A stretch of 64,000 bases of DNA, taken from Bacteroidia bacterium (GTDB lineage: Bacteria > Bacteroidota > Bacteroidia > NS11-12g > UBA9320). How positions within the stretch are numbered: the first letter of the stretch is position 1; the number at the start of each line of letters is the position of its first letter. This document shows, piece by piece, positions 1 through 9,321 of this stretch. The notes under the pieces were generated by a model. The model saw nothing but the letters and a program-made list of their open reading frames with translations, was not told the DNA's origin and did not search any database. Made by a program: the position numbers and the translations under genes. The stretch is taken from contig JAQWNJ010000014.1 in NCBI GenBank assembly GCA_029268695.1, forward strand, positions 64,751-128,750. The letters run 5' to 3'.

Positions 1-1953
1 GCAGTTGTTATAGCAAAACGCATTTCATATGGGCTTTCTAAATTAAGCCCAAGAACAACTATCCTACTTGGGGAACGAGAATTTCAGAAAGCAGCTTGTT
101 GCAACCTATCCGAAAGTTTTGAAAATGCCCCTGCTATCGACGTTAGTTTCAGTGATGCTGTCACAGGAACAAAACAGATTAAAATGCTTGGCCTTGATGG
201 TTTTTACACACTAATTGGTAGAGAGTATATGCCATCCGTCAGAACACTTAATTCATATTATGGTTTATCTCACATTCCCGCTGCATGGGTAGATGGGATT
301 CAAATAACTAAAGGTGCTGGTAGTGTCGTAAATGGCCACGAGAGTATTGCTGGTCAGATTAATATAGAGCTTAAAAAACCCTTTGGGTCTGAAAAATTCA
401 TTTTGGACCAATTTGCTAGTTCTGGTGGACGATTTGAAACGGATTTTATGTATACAAAGGATATTACAAAAAACATTGCATCCTCACTATTCATTCGATA
501 TGGAAATAGATCATTAGAATTCGATAATAATAACGATGGGTTTTTAGATATGCCAATAAGTGAAGATTTTAAGATTATGAATCGTTGGCAATTCTTTAAC
601 AAAAATGGTTTTGAAGGGACAGCAAATGCTAGCTACCACAACAGTCTTCAAAAAGCTGGACAATCAAATTCAAACTCAAATCCATATAAAATTGGCATTA
701 ATACTGAAGTTATCGATTTTTTTGCTAAGCTTGGGAAACCCTCGAAAAAAAATGAGTACAGTAGTTTTGGTTCTCAGTATAATTTCAATCACTCAGAAAT
801 GTCCAGCAATTATGGCTCTAACGAAAATCATAAAGAATATCTAGCACAAACAAATCAAGGGTATGTTAACCTTCTTTATGAAAGTATTATTGGGAATAGC
901 TTTCATCAATTTCAAACAGGTATTTCATTATTAATCGATGAAACTAAAGAAACCTTTGAGGGCTTTCAATTTGAAAGGACAGAAGCAGTCTCAGGACTAT
1001 TTTTTGAATACACATATAAACCAAAAGAAACATTCAGCTTAGTAGGTGGGATTAGATCAGACTTCAATACAATTTATGGTCTTTCTTTTACCCCAAGATT
1101 TCATGGGAAATATCGTTTTAATAAAGATAAAACATCGATAAGAATATCAACTGGTCTTGGAAGAAGAACAAGTAATCCGCTCGCTCAAAACCAAATGCTA
1201 TTTGCCTCAGGTAGAACTTTGGAATTTATAATGCGTGATTCTCAATTTGCCTATGGTTTGGAACAAGAATTAGCCTTAAATTCAGGGATAAGTTTTGAGC
1301 ATCAGTTTAAAATGAGGTACATGCCTGCAACAATTGGTCTTGATTTCTTCAATACTACGTTTAAAAATGAAGTAGTTGTGGACAGAGAAAATGCAGGGAA
1401 AGCCTATTTTTATAATGTAACAAATGGAACAATTGCAAATAGTTTTCAGACCCAACTAGACCTAAAGCCTGCTCGTAGGACTGAGATTCGCTTGGCATAC
1501 CGGATGTTTGATGTAAAGACCAAATATCAGAGTGAATCGAACACTTTATCCCTCATAACTAAACAAAAACCATTTATTTCTAAAGACCGAGCTTTTATTA
1601 ATATCACCCAGAGTACTCGAACTGATTGGAGATTTAATACTACACTAACTTGGTATGGGCCTCAGCGAATTGCTGGAGGTAAAGACACCATTTATTTCAC
1701 AAATAATTTAAAGCAAATTAAAGACAAATATTCACCTAACTTTTTTTTATTAAACGCTCAAATTAGTAAAACTTTTAAAAAAGAATTTGAGTTATATATT
1801 GGTGCAGAAAATATATTGAATTTTAAACAGCAAAACCCCATTCAAGATGCTATTCAACCATTTTCAGAAAATTTTGATGCTGGATTAGTTTGGGGACCTA
1901 TTTTTGGAAGAATAATCTATGGCGGTTTTCGATGGAGAATTAAATCAAAATGA
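1..1953 (+). CDS. TonB-dependent outer-membrane receptor, 5'-truncated by the window edge (plug and beta-barrel)
   Basis: The reading frame is open from nt 1 (AVVIAKRISYGLSKL...). It has a plug-like region (GIQITKGAGSVVNGHESIAGQINIELKKP), a long beta-rich barrel, and a C-terminal aromatic-rich end (GGFRWRIKSK). It is the first gene of the putative copper cluster. Confidence 0.8.
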   Translation, partial: AVVIAKRISYGLSKLSPRTTILLGEREFQKAACCNLSESFENAPAIDVSFSDAVTGTKQIKMLGLDGFYTLIGREYMPSVRTLNSYYGLSHIPAAWVDGIQITKGAGSVVNGHESIAGQINIELKKPFGSEKFILDQFASSGGRFETDFMYTKDITKNIASSLFIRYGNRSLEFDNNNDGFLDMPISEDFKIMNRWQFFNKNGFEGTANASYHNSLQKAGQSNSNSNPYKIGINTEVIDFFAKLGKPSKKNEYSSFGSQYNFNHSEMSSNYGSNENHKEYLAQTNQGYVNLLYESIIGNSFHQFQTGISLLIDETKETFEGFQFERTEAVSGLFFEYTYKPKETFSLVGGIRSDFNTIYGLSFTPRFHGKYRFNKDKTSIRISTGLGRRTSNPLAQNQMLFASGRTLEFIMRDSQFAYGLEQELALNSGISFEHQFKMRYMPATIGLDFFNTTFKNEVVVDRENAGKAYFYNVTNGTIANSFQTQLDLKPARRTEIRLAYRMFDVKTKYQSESNTLSLITKQKPFISKDRAFINITQSTRTDWRFNTTLTWYGPQRIAGGKDTIYFTNNLKQIKDKYSPNFFLLNAQISKTFKKEFELYIGAENILNFKQQNPIQDAIQPFSENFDAGLVWGPIFGRIIYGGFRWRIKSK

Positions 1954-2642
1954 ATAAAAAAGAAATTATAATTTCAGGTATTTCTTGCATGAGTTGTGTG
2001 AGCAAAATTGAAAAACAACTTTACACGAATACTTCATTAAATAAAATTACTATTCATAAAGATAGTGGGTCAACCCTTCTTGAAGGAAATAATATACCCG
2101 CCCAAATTGAAATTCAAAGCCTACTAACTGAAATCGGTGATTATAGTCTAACACCTCCCAAAAAAAGCTATTTTTTTATTCAATATAAACCCCTCATCCT
2201 TATTCTTTTTTACCTATCTATTGTCACTTTAAGCATTGAGTTAAGTTCGGGTATTTTCATATTGGAAACCTGGATGGCGAATTTCATGGCTGGATTCTTT
2301 CTCGTATTTTCATTCTTCAAGTTACTGGATATCCCTGCTTTTGCAAAAGCATATCAATCTTATGATATCATATCCTCTAGATTTGGGTTTTATGGATATA
2401 TCTACCCATTTATTGAATTAGGTTTAGGCCTCGCATATGTTTTCTTTTATGACAGTGACATAACAAATTTAACAACTGCTATTGTTATGTTTGTAAGTTT
2501 AGTAGGTGTGTCAAAGTCTGTCATCCAAAAATCAAAGATTCAATGTGCTTGTCTAGGAACAGTATTTAACCTTCCTATGAGTTACGTTACAATCATTGAA
2601 AATTTATTAATGTTATCTATGGCACTGTTTATGCTTTTATAA
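1950..2642 (+). CDS. Heavy-metal-associated (HMA) domain fused to a MauE/DoxX-like polytopic membrane domain
   Basis: The N-terminus has SGISCMSCVSKIEKQL, a GxxCxxC HMA ferredoxin-like motif. About four hydrophobic helices follow, and the C-terminus has a KIQCACLGT motif reminiscent of MauE. The start overlaps the receptor stop in an ATGA arrangement. Confidence 0.5.
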   Translation: MNKKEIIISGISCMSCVSKIEKQLYTNTSLNKITIHKDSGSTLLEGNNIPAQIEIQSLLTEIGDYSLTPPKKSYFFIQYKPLILILFYLSIVTLSIELSSGIFILETWMANFMAGFFLVFSFFKLLDIPAFAKAYQSYDIISSRFGFYGYIYPFIELGLGLAYVFFYDSDITNLTTAIVMFVSLVGVSKSVIQKSKIQCACLGTVFNLPMSYVTIIENLLMLSMALFMLL

Positions 2643-2651
2643 TATAGAAAT

Positions 2652-3398
2652 ATGAAACAAATTATCTTTATAATAATTGGAAGTTGGTTTTTATTATCAG
2701 TCATGGGTTGCAAGCCTGATCCCCCGATAAAAAATGAGGTTTCAACAATGGATATTACTATCAATCACGTGTTTGATGCTTCAGATTTTGAACTTAATCA
2801 AGAATATACATTACCTAGTGATGAACCTGTCAAATTCAGTCGATTCGCCTATTTATTATCTAACTTTTATCTGATTGATGAAAATGAGTTTAGAATAGCA
2901 TTAGACAAGCAATACCTTTACGTTGATATTAAATCTTCTAACTCTGATTTTAAACTAATAAGTATTCCTAAGGGAACCTACAAAGGAATCGGATTTTCTA
3001 TCGGTTTGGATTCCATTACAAATCACGGTAATCCAAATCAATACATCTCAGACCATCCTTTATCACCTATCAATAACTCGCTGCATTGGAGCTGGCAGGG
3101 CGGCTATATTTTTACAGCAATCGAAGGGAAAACCATAGCTAATAATGAAAGTTTTATTTTCCATTTAGCCGGCACACAGAATAAAGTTGATTTTGAATTG
3201 CCTTACAATTTTTCAAAGGAAGATGATGCAATCCATGCTGTTTTAAACTGTAACATTAAAGAAGTGTTTCAGAGCCCTGAAGTATATACCATAGAAATTG
3301 ATGGTCCTAGCACACATAATGTGGAAGATCCTGTCACACTAAAATTAATTAATAATATGAAAGATGTATTTTCTGTATCTTCTGTAGGAAGCCTGTAA
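2652..3398 (+). CDS. Secreted lipoprotein, MbnP-like (putative periplasmic copper-binding partner of the di-haem peroxidase)
   Basis: It has a lipoprotein signal (LLSVMGC), is about 250 aa, and contains a conserved Trp/His-rich segment (HWSWQGGYIF, HLAG). It lies immediately upstream of a di-haem CCP, as in mbnPH pairs. The assignment rests on context rather than on a recognised motif. Confidence 0.4.
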   Translation: MKQIIFIIIGSWFLLSVMGCKPDPPIKNEVSTMDITINHVFDASDFELNQEYTLPSDEPVKFSRFAYLLSNFYLIDENEFRIALDKQYLYVDIKSSNSDFKLISIPKGTYKGIGFSIGLDSITNHGNPNQYISDHPLSPINNSLHWSWQGGYIFTAIEGKTIANNESFIFHLAGTQNKVDFELPYNFSKEDDAIHAVLNCNIKEVFQSPEVYTIEIDGPSTHNVEDPVTLKLINNMKDVFSVSSVGSL

Positions 3399-3404
3399 AA
3401 CTTA

Positions 3405-4514
3405 ATGAAGAAGTTGTTCATCATATCATTTTTATTTGTCACTCTCCTATCATGTAAGGATGTAATCAACGAGATTCCACAAAATCCTTTTCAAATAACA
3501 CCATATTCATTCAGTTATAATACATCACTCTTACCTCCACCAAGAATACCCAGCGACAATCCTCTAACTGAAGAAGGAGTTCAATTGGGCAGAATGCTTT
3601 TTTATGACCCCATCTTAAGTTCAGATAGCTCACAAAGCTGTAATTCATGCCACAATCAAGCAAATGCATTTACAGACAATAATAATCAATTTAGTGTCGG
3701 GGTTAAAGGTACCGTCGGAAAACGCAATTCAATGGCTATTTTCAATTTAATGTGGCATATAGATGGATTCTTTTGGGATGGAAGTGCAGATATACTAAGA
3801 CATCAGGCTATCAAGCCAATAATTGATGAAACTGAGATGAACGAGAGCATTGACCATGTAATCATGAAATTAAATCGTTCACCGCTTTACAAAGAACACC
3901 TTCAAAAAGCATTTTTAGAATCCACATTTGACGAGGAGCTAATTGGAAAAGCATTAGAACAATTTATGTTATCTATTGTATCTGCAGATTCAAAGTTTGA
4001 TCGTGTGATGCTTGGATTAGAATCATTTACTGATGAAGAAAAAGTGGGTCAAGTAATATTTAATTCAGAATCTATACCACTCAAAGATGAGGTAGACCCT
4101 AACAATCCTCAAAATTTTGGTGCAGATTGCTTCCATTGTCATGGGAATAGTTTATTCATGCGTCGAGAATTTTTAACAAACGGACTATCAGACAATGGAG
4201 ATAAGGGCTTGGGAGATGTTACTGGAAATCCTAATGACAACTATAAATTCAAAACAACATCGCTTAGAAATATTGAGAAAACAGCACCGTACATGCATGA
4301 CGGAAGATTTAAAACGCTTGAGGAAGTAGTACAATTTTATCTTAGTGATATGAACGCATCAAGTGCTGTAGATCTCTCTGACTCTCCTAACTTACACGCA
4401 TTAAAAGATTCCGTTTATTTAAGCCCCGAGCACAAAAAGGCATTAATTTCCTTCCTAAAAACATTAACAGATGAAAGCCTATTAACCAACGAAAAATATA
4501 CATCACCATTTTAA
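3405..4514 (+). CDS. Di-haem cytochrome c peroxidase family protein (MbnH/MauG/CCP-like)
   Basis: There are two CxxCH haem motifs (CNSCH and CFHCH) spaced as in bacterial CCPs. CCP-like blocks are present (GKRNSMAIFNL, FWDGSA, APYMHDG). It has a signal peptide/lipobox (LLSC). Confidence 0.8.
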   Translation: MKKLFIISFLFVTLLSCKDVINEIPQNPFQITPYSFSYNTSLLPPPRIPSDNPLTEEGVQLGRMLFYDPILSSDSSQSCNSCHNQANAFTDNNNQFSVGVKGTVGKRNSMAIFNLMWHIDGFFWDGSADILRHQAIKPIIDETEMNESIDHVIMKLNRSPLYKEHLQKAFLESTFDEELIGKALEQFMLSIVSADSKFDRVMLGLESFTDEEKVGQVIFNSESIPLKDEVDPNNPQNFGADCFHCHGNSLFMRREFLTNGLSDNGDKGLGDVTGNPNDNYKFKTTSLRNIEKTAPYMHDGRFKTLEEVVQFYLSDMNASSAVDLSDSPNLHALKDSVYLSPEHKKALISFLKTLTDESLLTNEKYTSPF

Positions 4515-4533
4515 AATTTAATATATTTACACC

Positions 4534-4896
4534 ATGAAAAATACTATACTATTAGCATCGCTATTAATCTCAAGCGTTCTTTTTGCAAAAAATATAACTT
4601 CACGTATTGAAGTAAAAGCCAATTGTGAAATCTGCAAAGAAAAAATTGAAAAAACATTAGATATCCCCGGAATTTCTCATGCAGATTGGAACAAAGAGAC
4701 TAAGATTCTTACAGTTAGATATAACGAGAAAAAAATATCCCTAGATGATATCCATTCTATGATTAGCAATATTGGATACGCAACTAATAAAGTCAACGCT
4801 AATAGTGAGAGTCAAGCCCAACTTATGAAATGTTGTCAACCAAAAGAACCCGTCAAAAAATGTAACACAACTAAAAAGGGGTGTTGTACTAAGTAA
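4534..4896 (+). CDS. Secreted HMA-domain metallochaperone-like protein with a Cys-rich C-terminal tail
   Basis: It has a signal peptide and an HMA-like fold with a CEIC metal motif. The C-terminus is KCCQPKEPVKKCNTTKKGCCTK, which contains 6 Cys in 22 aa. Confidence 0.55.
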   Translation: MKNTILLASLLISSVLFAKNITSRIEVKANCEICKEKIEKTLDIPGISHADWNKETKILTVRYNEKKISLDDIHSMISNIGYATNKVNANSESQAQLMKCCQPKEPVKKCNTTKKGCCTK

Positions 4897-4929
4897 CAAT
4901 CAACTTTCATTAAGAAAATCAATCGATAC

Positions 4930-4966
4930 TTCTGATCTTGATCAGACGCAATTCTAATCTTTTTCT
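4930..4966 (+). terminator. Candidate hairpin plus T-tract after the HMA gene (perfect palindrome TCTGATC-TT-GATCAGA)
   Basis: The inverted repeat is at 4931-4946 and is followed by TCTTTTTC. The 2-nt loop is tight, so it may instead be a dimeric protein-binding site. Confidence 0.25.
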
Positions 4967-5051
4967 TGAACCCATTACTCTAAAAAAACACGATTAATAG
5001 TGCTACTTTACTTTATGAATAATCTTATTTTTGCACACAATAAAAATTAAA

Positions 5052-6032
5052 ATGTCAAGACAACTGCAAATACGTGAAGCACTTCGTGAAGCAATGAATG
5101 AGGAGATGCGAAAAGATGATTCTATTCTTCTCATGGGTGAGGAAGTTGCCGAGTATAATGGGGCATACAAAGTAAGTCAAGGAATGCTTGACGAATTTGG
5201 GGAGAAAAGAGTAATTGATACACCTATAGCTGAGTTAGGATTTGCTGGAATAGCAACTGGAGCTGCTACCAATGGGCTAAAGCCTATTGTAGAATTTATG
5301 ACATTTAACTTTAGTCTGGTTGCCATTGATCAAGTAATTAATGCTGCCGCTAAAATGAATAGTATGAGTGGTGGTCAATTTACATGCCCTATGGTATTTC
5401 GAGGACCTACCGGAAGTGCTGGACAACTAGGAGCTCAACATTCCCAAGCATTTGAGAACTGGTATGCTAATTGCCCTGGTCTAAAAGTTGCCGTATTGTC
5501 TAACGCATATAACGCAAAAGGCCTTCTAAAATCTGCTATTATTGATCCAGACCCAGTAATTTTTATGGAAAGTGAGCAGATGTACGGACTCAAGCATGAC
5601 GTTCCTGAGGATGAATATTATATTCCTCTTGGTCAAGCAAACATTCAAAAGACTGGTAGTGATGTGACCCTTGTTTCTTTCGGAAAGATGATGAGAGTTG
5701 CTGAAGAATCTGTAAAAATATTAACAGAAAAAGGAATTGATGTCGAACTTATTGATTTGCAATCTGTAAGACCAATCGACTACCAAACTATTGCAGAGAG
5801 TATTAAAAAGACCAATCGATGCGTAGTGCTCGAAGAAGCATGGCCTTTAGCATCTATCTCTTCTGAGATAAGCTACATGATGAGCCAAATGGTGTTCGAT
5901 CATCTTGACGCACCAATTAAGCGTGTAACTACACTCGATACACCACTGCCTTATGCATCTAGCCTAGTAGAAACTTGGTTACCTAATGCTAAGCGTGTAA
6001 TAGAAGCTGTCGAAGCAGTCATGTACCGATAA
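5052..6032 (+). CDS. pdhB: Pyruvate/2-oxoacid dehydrogenase E1 component beta subunit (transketolase-like)
   Basis: MSRQLQIREALREAMNEEMRKDDSILLMGEEVAEYNGAYKVS...GFAGIATGAA is the canonical E1-beta N-terminus. The start is chosen at the second in-frame ATG to match homolog N-termini. No E1-alpha gene is adjacent. Confidence 0.7.
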   Translation: MSRQLQIREALREAMNEEMRKDDSILLMGEEVAEYNGAYKVSQGMLDEFGEKRVIDTPIAELGFAGIATGAATNGLKPIVEFMTFNFSLVAIDQVINAAAKMNSMSGGQFTCPMVFRGPTGSAGQLGAQHSQAFENWYANCPGLKVAVLSNAYNAKGLLKSAIIDPDPVIFMESEQMYGLKHDVPEDEYYIPLGQANIQKTGSDVTLVSFGKMMRVAEESVKILTEKGIDVELIDLQSVRPIDYQTIAESIKKTNRCVVLEEAWPLASISSEISYMMSQMVFDHLDAPIKRVTTLDTPLPYASSLVETWLPNAKRVIEAVEAVMYR

Positions 6033-6039
6033 AAAAAGT

Positions 6040-7062
6040 TTATTTTTTAAAACGCCCTTTACTGAATATTCTCACCCCAGTATCTTTCCCTTTTCGGAGT
6101 TCCCTTTGATCTTCCTCGGGCAATGCATTGATTTCCATACATTCATTAGAGCAGGCACCTGAGAACTTTGATGCACACTTTGGACACTGAATAAACAATA
6201 AATTACAAGCCTTATTAGCACAGTTAGTGTGATCATCAAAAGATTCTCCACACTGATGGCATTGAGCAATAATATCATCACTAATCCGCTCATTAATACG
6301 TTCATCAAAAACAAAGTTTTTACCAATAAACTTATTCTTTAAACCAAGCTCTTTAGCATCACGTGCATATTTAATAATTCCACCTTCAAGATGATAAACA
6401 TCCTTAAATCCCTTATGCTTTAAGTAAGCACTTGCTTTTTCACATCGAATTCCTCCCGTACAATACATTACAATGGGCTTATTCTTTTTGTCTGATAACT
6501 CATTAACAACAAGCGGAAGTTGATCTCTGAAAGTATCCACATCAGGATACCACGCCCCCTCGAAACGACCGACCTCACTTTCATAGTGATTTCGCATATC
6601 AATAAGAACTGTTTCATCTTGATCAGTTAGCTCATTGAATTCTTCTACCTTTAAATAACTACCTGGCTTCAAAACATCGAATAAATCGTCATTTAAACCA
6701 TCAGCTACAATTTTATTTTTAACCTTTATGGTGAGTTTAAAAAAAGACTTACCATCATCATCCGCAGCATAGTTAAGTCTTACATTTTCTAAAAATGAAA
6801 TTGAATCTAATGACAACTTAAATTCTGTTAGAAGTTCTTTTGGAACGCTCAATTGAGCATTGATTCCCTCTTTGGCAACATATATTCTACCTAAAACTCT
6901 GAGGTTATCCCAGTGATAAAAAAGATGATCTCTAAAAAGGTGAGGATTTGCAATTTTTGCGTATTTGTAAAAAGAAATGGTAGTCCGAGATTCATTACTA
7001 CTTTTAATTTTCTCTTTTAGCTGTTCCCCATTAACTGTATTATGCAATTTCATGTTACACAT
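6040..7062 (-). CDS. trhO: Rhodanese-domain tRNA uridine(34) hydroxylase TrhO (UPF0176/YceA family)
   Basis: FYKYAKIANPHLF...YVAKEGINAQLSVP is followed by a rhodanese domain with an active-site Cys (MYCTGGIRCEKASAYL). The C-terminus is Cys-rich (CHQCGESF...CPKC). Confidence 0.75.
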   Translation of the reverse strand: MCNMKLHNTVNGEQLKEKIKSSNESRTTISFYKYAKIANPHLFRDHLFYHWDNLRVLGRIYVAKEGINAQLSVPKELLTEFKLSLDSISFLENVRLNYAADDDGKSFFKLTIKVKNKIVADGLNDDLFDVLKPGSYLKVEEFNELTDQDETVLIDMRNHYESEVGRFEGAWYPDVDTFRDQLPLVVNELSDKKNKPIVMYCTGGIRCEKASAYLKHKGFKDVYHLEGGIIKYARDAKELGLKNKFIGKNFVFDERINERISDDIIAQCHQCGESFDDHTNCANKACNLLFIQCPKCASKFSGACSNECMEINALPEEDQRELRKGKDTGVRIFSKGRFKK

Positions 7063-7182
7063 TCCTTAATGATACTACAAAGTTAAACCCTAAGCGATGA
7101 TATAGAAAAATATGCTTGAATTGGATTCAATTTAATTAACCCATCATAAATCAAAAGTGGCATTTCATTCGTATATATAAGT

Positions 7183-8217
7183 ATGAAGTATGCTTATTAT
7201 TTAATTTTTCTTTTATTAGTGACTTCTTGTAATGCCCAAATTGAATCTGACAATATGATAAATCAAGAAAAACCCAACACAACAGAATACAATAAACTAA
7301 CTGAAGCTGAAAAAAGAATTATTATTCGAAAAGGTACAGAGTACCCTAACACAGGAGAATATAATAAACACTATGAGGATGGAACATACATATGCAGACA
7401 ATGCAATCAACAACTTTATCAATCATCATCCAAATTCAACAGCAATTGTGGCTGGCCGAGTTTTGATGATGAAATAGACGGAGCTGTAAATCGAATCCTT
7501 GATGCTGACGGTCGAAGAACTGAGATTGTTTGCAGTAATTGTGCAGGACATCTTGGACACGTATTTATTGGAGAAAATTTTACAATAAAAAACACCCGTC
7601 ACTGTGTAAATAGTATTTCTATGCAATTCGTCCCAAAGGGTAAATCCATTCCAAAAATAATTACCTTAAGTGAAATTTCAGAATTAGATACCATAACATT
7701 TGGGGCAGGTTGCTTCTGGTGCGTTGAAGTACTTTTTCAGAAGCTTAAGGGTGTTTCTTATGTTGAAAGTGGCTATGCAGGTGGGAAAATAAAAAATCCT
7801 ACATACAAAATGGTTTGTCAGGGCAATACTGGTTCAGTTGAAGTCGCTCAGCTAATTTATGACCCAAAAATTATATCAGCTGAAACACTTATTGATATTT
7901 TCTTTCATGTCCATGATCCTACTACACTAAACAGACAAGGAAACGATGTTGGAGACCAATACCGTTCAGTTATCTTTTATCACAGTGCCCAACAAAAAGA
8001 AATTGCGAATAATGTACTTAATAGAATAGATTCTAGTAATTTATGGAACGAACCCATAGTCACCAAAGTAGAATCCATATATAACTACAGTAAAGCAGAA
8101 GATTATCATCAAAATTACTATAATAATAACTCATCAACTAATGGTTACTGTAATATGGTAATCAGACCAAAAGTAGCAAAGTTTAAAATTAAATATGCTG
8201 ATCTTATTAAGAAGTAA
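7183..8217 (+). CDS. msrAB: Bifunctional peptide-methionine sulfoxide reductase MsrB-MsrA with an N-terminal lipoprotein signal
   Basis: The MsrB zinc-ribbon and catalytic region are present (CRQCNQQLY...CGWPSF, RTEIVCSNCAGHLGHVF). The MsrA motif GAGCFWCVE follows. The N-terminus is LLLVTSC. Confidence 0.85.
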   Translation: MKYAYYLIFLLLVTSCNAQIESDNMINQEKPNTTEYNKLTEAEKRIIIRKGTEYPNTGEYNKHYEDGTYICRQCNQQLYQSSSKFNSNCGWPSFDDEIDGAVNRILDADGRRTEIVCSNCAGHLGHVFIGENFTIKNTRHCVNSISMQFVPKGKSIPKIITLSEISELDTITFGAGCFWCVEVLFQKLKGVSYVESGYAGGKIKNPTYKMVCQGNTGSVEVAQLIYDPKIISAETLIDIFFHVHDPTTLNRQGNDVGDQYRSVIFYHSAQQKEIANNVLNRIDSSNLWNEPIVTKVESIYNYSKAEDYHQNYYNNNSSTNGYCNMVIRPKVAKFKIKYADLIKK

Positions 8218-9309
8218 TTAAGGGGTAGGATTTATTGAAGCCCTGACACTAAATACATGTGAGTATTGTGCTGCACTTTGATCTCCAATATCACTCAGAG
8301 CATAGTCCAAAACAACTTGTTTAAATTTGACACCAACCCCTATGTTAGGCATGAACGTCCACTGGTCACTAAAATTTAAATCCATTTGTTGTTGAATATT
8401 ACCTACTCCAGCTCTCAGAAACACAATTTCCTTATAACCACACTCAAGTCCTAAATGAGGGTCTCCACTAAGCAAATCTGATTTTAAAAGCGTATTTCGT
8501 TTACCATCCGTATTCACATCCAAATTCATTTCTGCAAGTAGGCTAAACTTATTATTAAAATTCATCTTTTTAGCCACACCAAAAATAAACTTAGGCAAAG
8601 TCAACTCTATAGAATTTTGTGGTATTTCATTATTTGTTTGCAGAAATATTTCTTCTTCAGCGGCAGTAAAATCATAGCTCCAGGCGTTGAAAGTAGTGGT
8701 AATATCTCTTGCCAGCAAGGCAAAAGTCCAATTATTTTTCGATTCATAGCGAGAGCTCATATCAACCCCAAATCCCCATGATGAAGCAAAGTCACCTGCT
8801 TGTCTATGAACAATCTTGGCACTTCCTCCAAAACTCAAACCATTTTTAAGAGCCTTCTGTGCGTAGCTAACAAAGAACCCATAGTCCACAGAACTAAAGC
8901 TCGTAATTCGATCATAATTAATCTGTCCATTTCTAATCAAATCTAGTGTGTTGGGAATATTGTCCACCCCAAATCTTACCATAGAAAAACTTAATGCTGA
9001 TTTTTCATTGACTTGAGTACTAATGCCTAAGTAATCGTAGTTAGCTATACCACTAAAATAATTAGAATGCATAAAGCTAATTTGTAACTTTTCTTTTTGT
9101 TTTATCAGCCCAGAAGGATTCCAATAGCCCGCAGTGACATCATCTACCGATGCCACAACAGAATTAGCCATACCAAAAGATCTAGCACCCACACCTATAG
9201 ACAAAAACTCATTGCTATACTTTGGTGTACTTTGAGCTAATAGGTTTTGATTAAAAAAAACCAATATACATACCACAAAAAACGTATACTTAAATTGTGA
9301 TAGTTTCAT
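8218..9309 (-). CDS. FadL/PorV-family outer-membrane beta-barrel protein
   Basis: It has a signal peptide. The N-terminal motif NEFLSIGVGARSFGMANSVVASVDDVTAGYWNPSGL matches the FadL/OMPP1/PorV hatch motif. The body is beta-rich and the terminal residues are aromatic. Confidence 0.45.
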   Translation of the reverse strand: MKLSQFKYTFFVVCILVFFNQNLLAQSTPKYSNEFLSIGVGARSFGMANSVVASVDDVTAGYWNPSGLIKQKEKLQISFMHSNYFSGIANYDYLGISTQVNEKSALSFSMVRFGVDNIPNTLDLIRNGQINYDRITSFSSVDYGFFVSYAQKALKNGLSFGGSAKIVHRQAGDFASSWGFGVDMSSRYESKNNWTFALLARDITTTFNAWSYDFTAAEEEIFLQTNNEIPQNSIELTLPKFIFGVAKKMNFNNKFSLLAEMNLDVNTDGKRNTLLKSDLLSGDPHLGLECGYKEIVFLRAGVGNIQQQMDLNFSDQWTFMPNIGVGVKFKQVVLDYALSDIGDQSAAQYSHVFSVRASINPTP

Positions 9310-9321
9310 GTAAAAAAATTG

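Noticed and set aside
354-844. ORFs 354..602(-) and 605..844(+) within the first TonB receptor gene
   Set aside because: They overlap a well-supported receptor frame and have no independent evidence.
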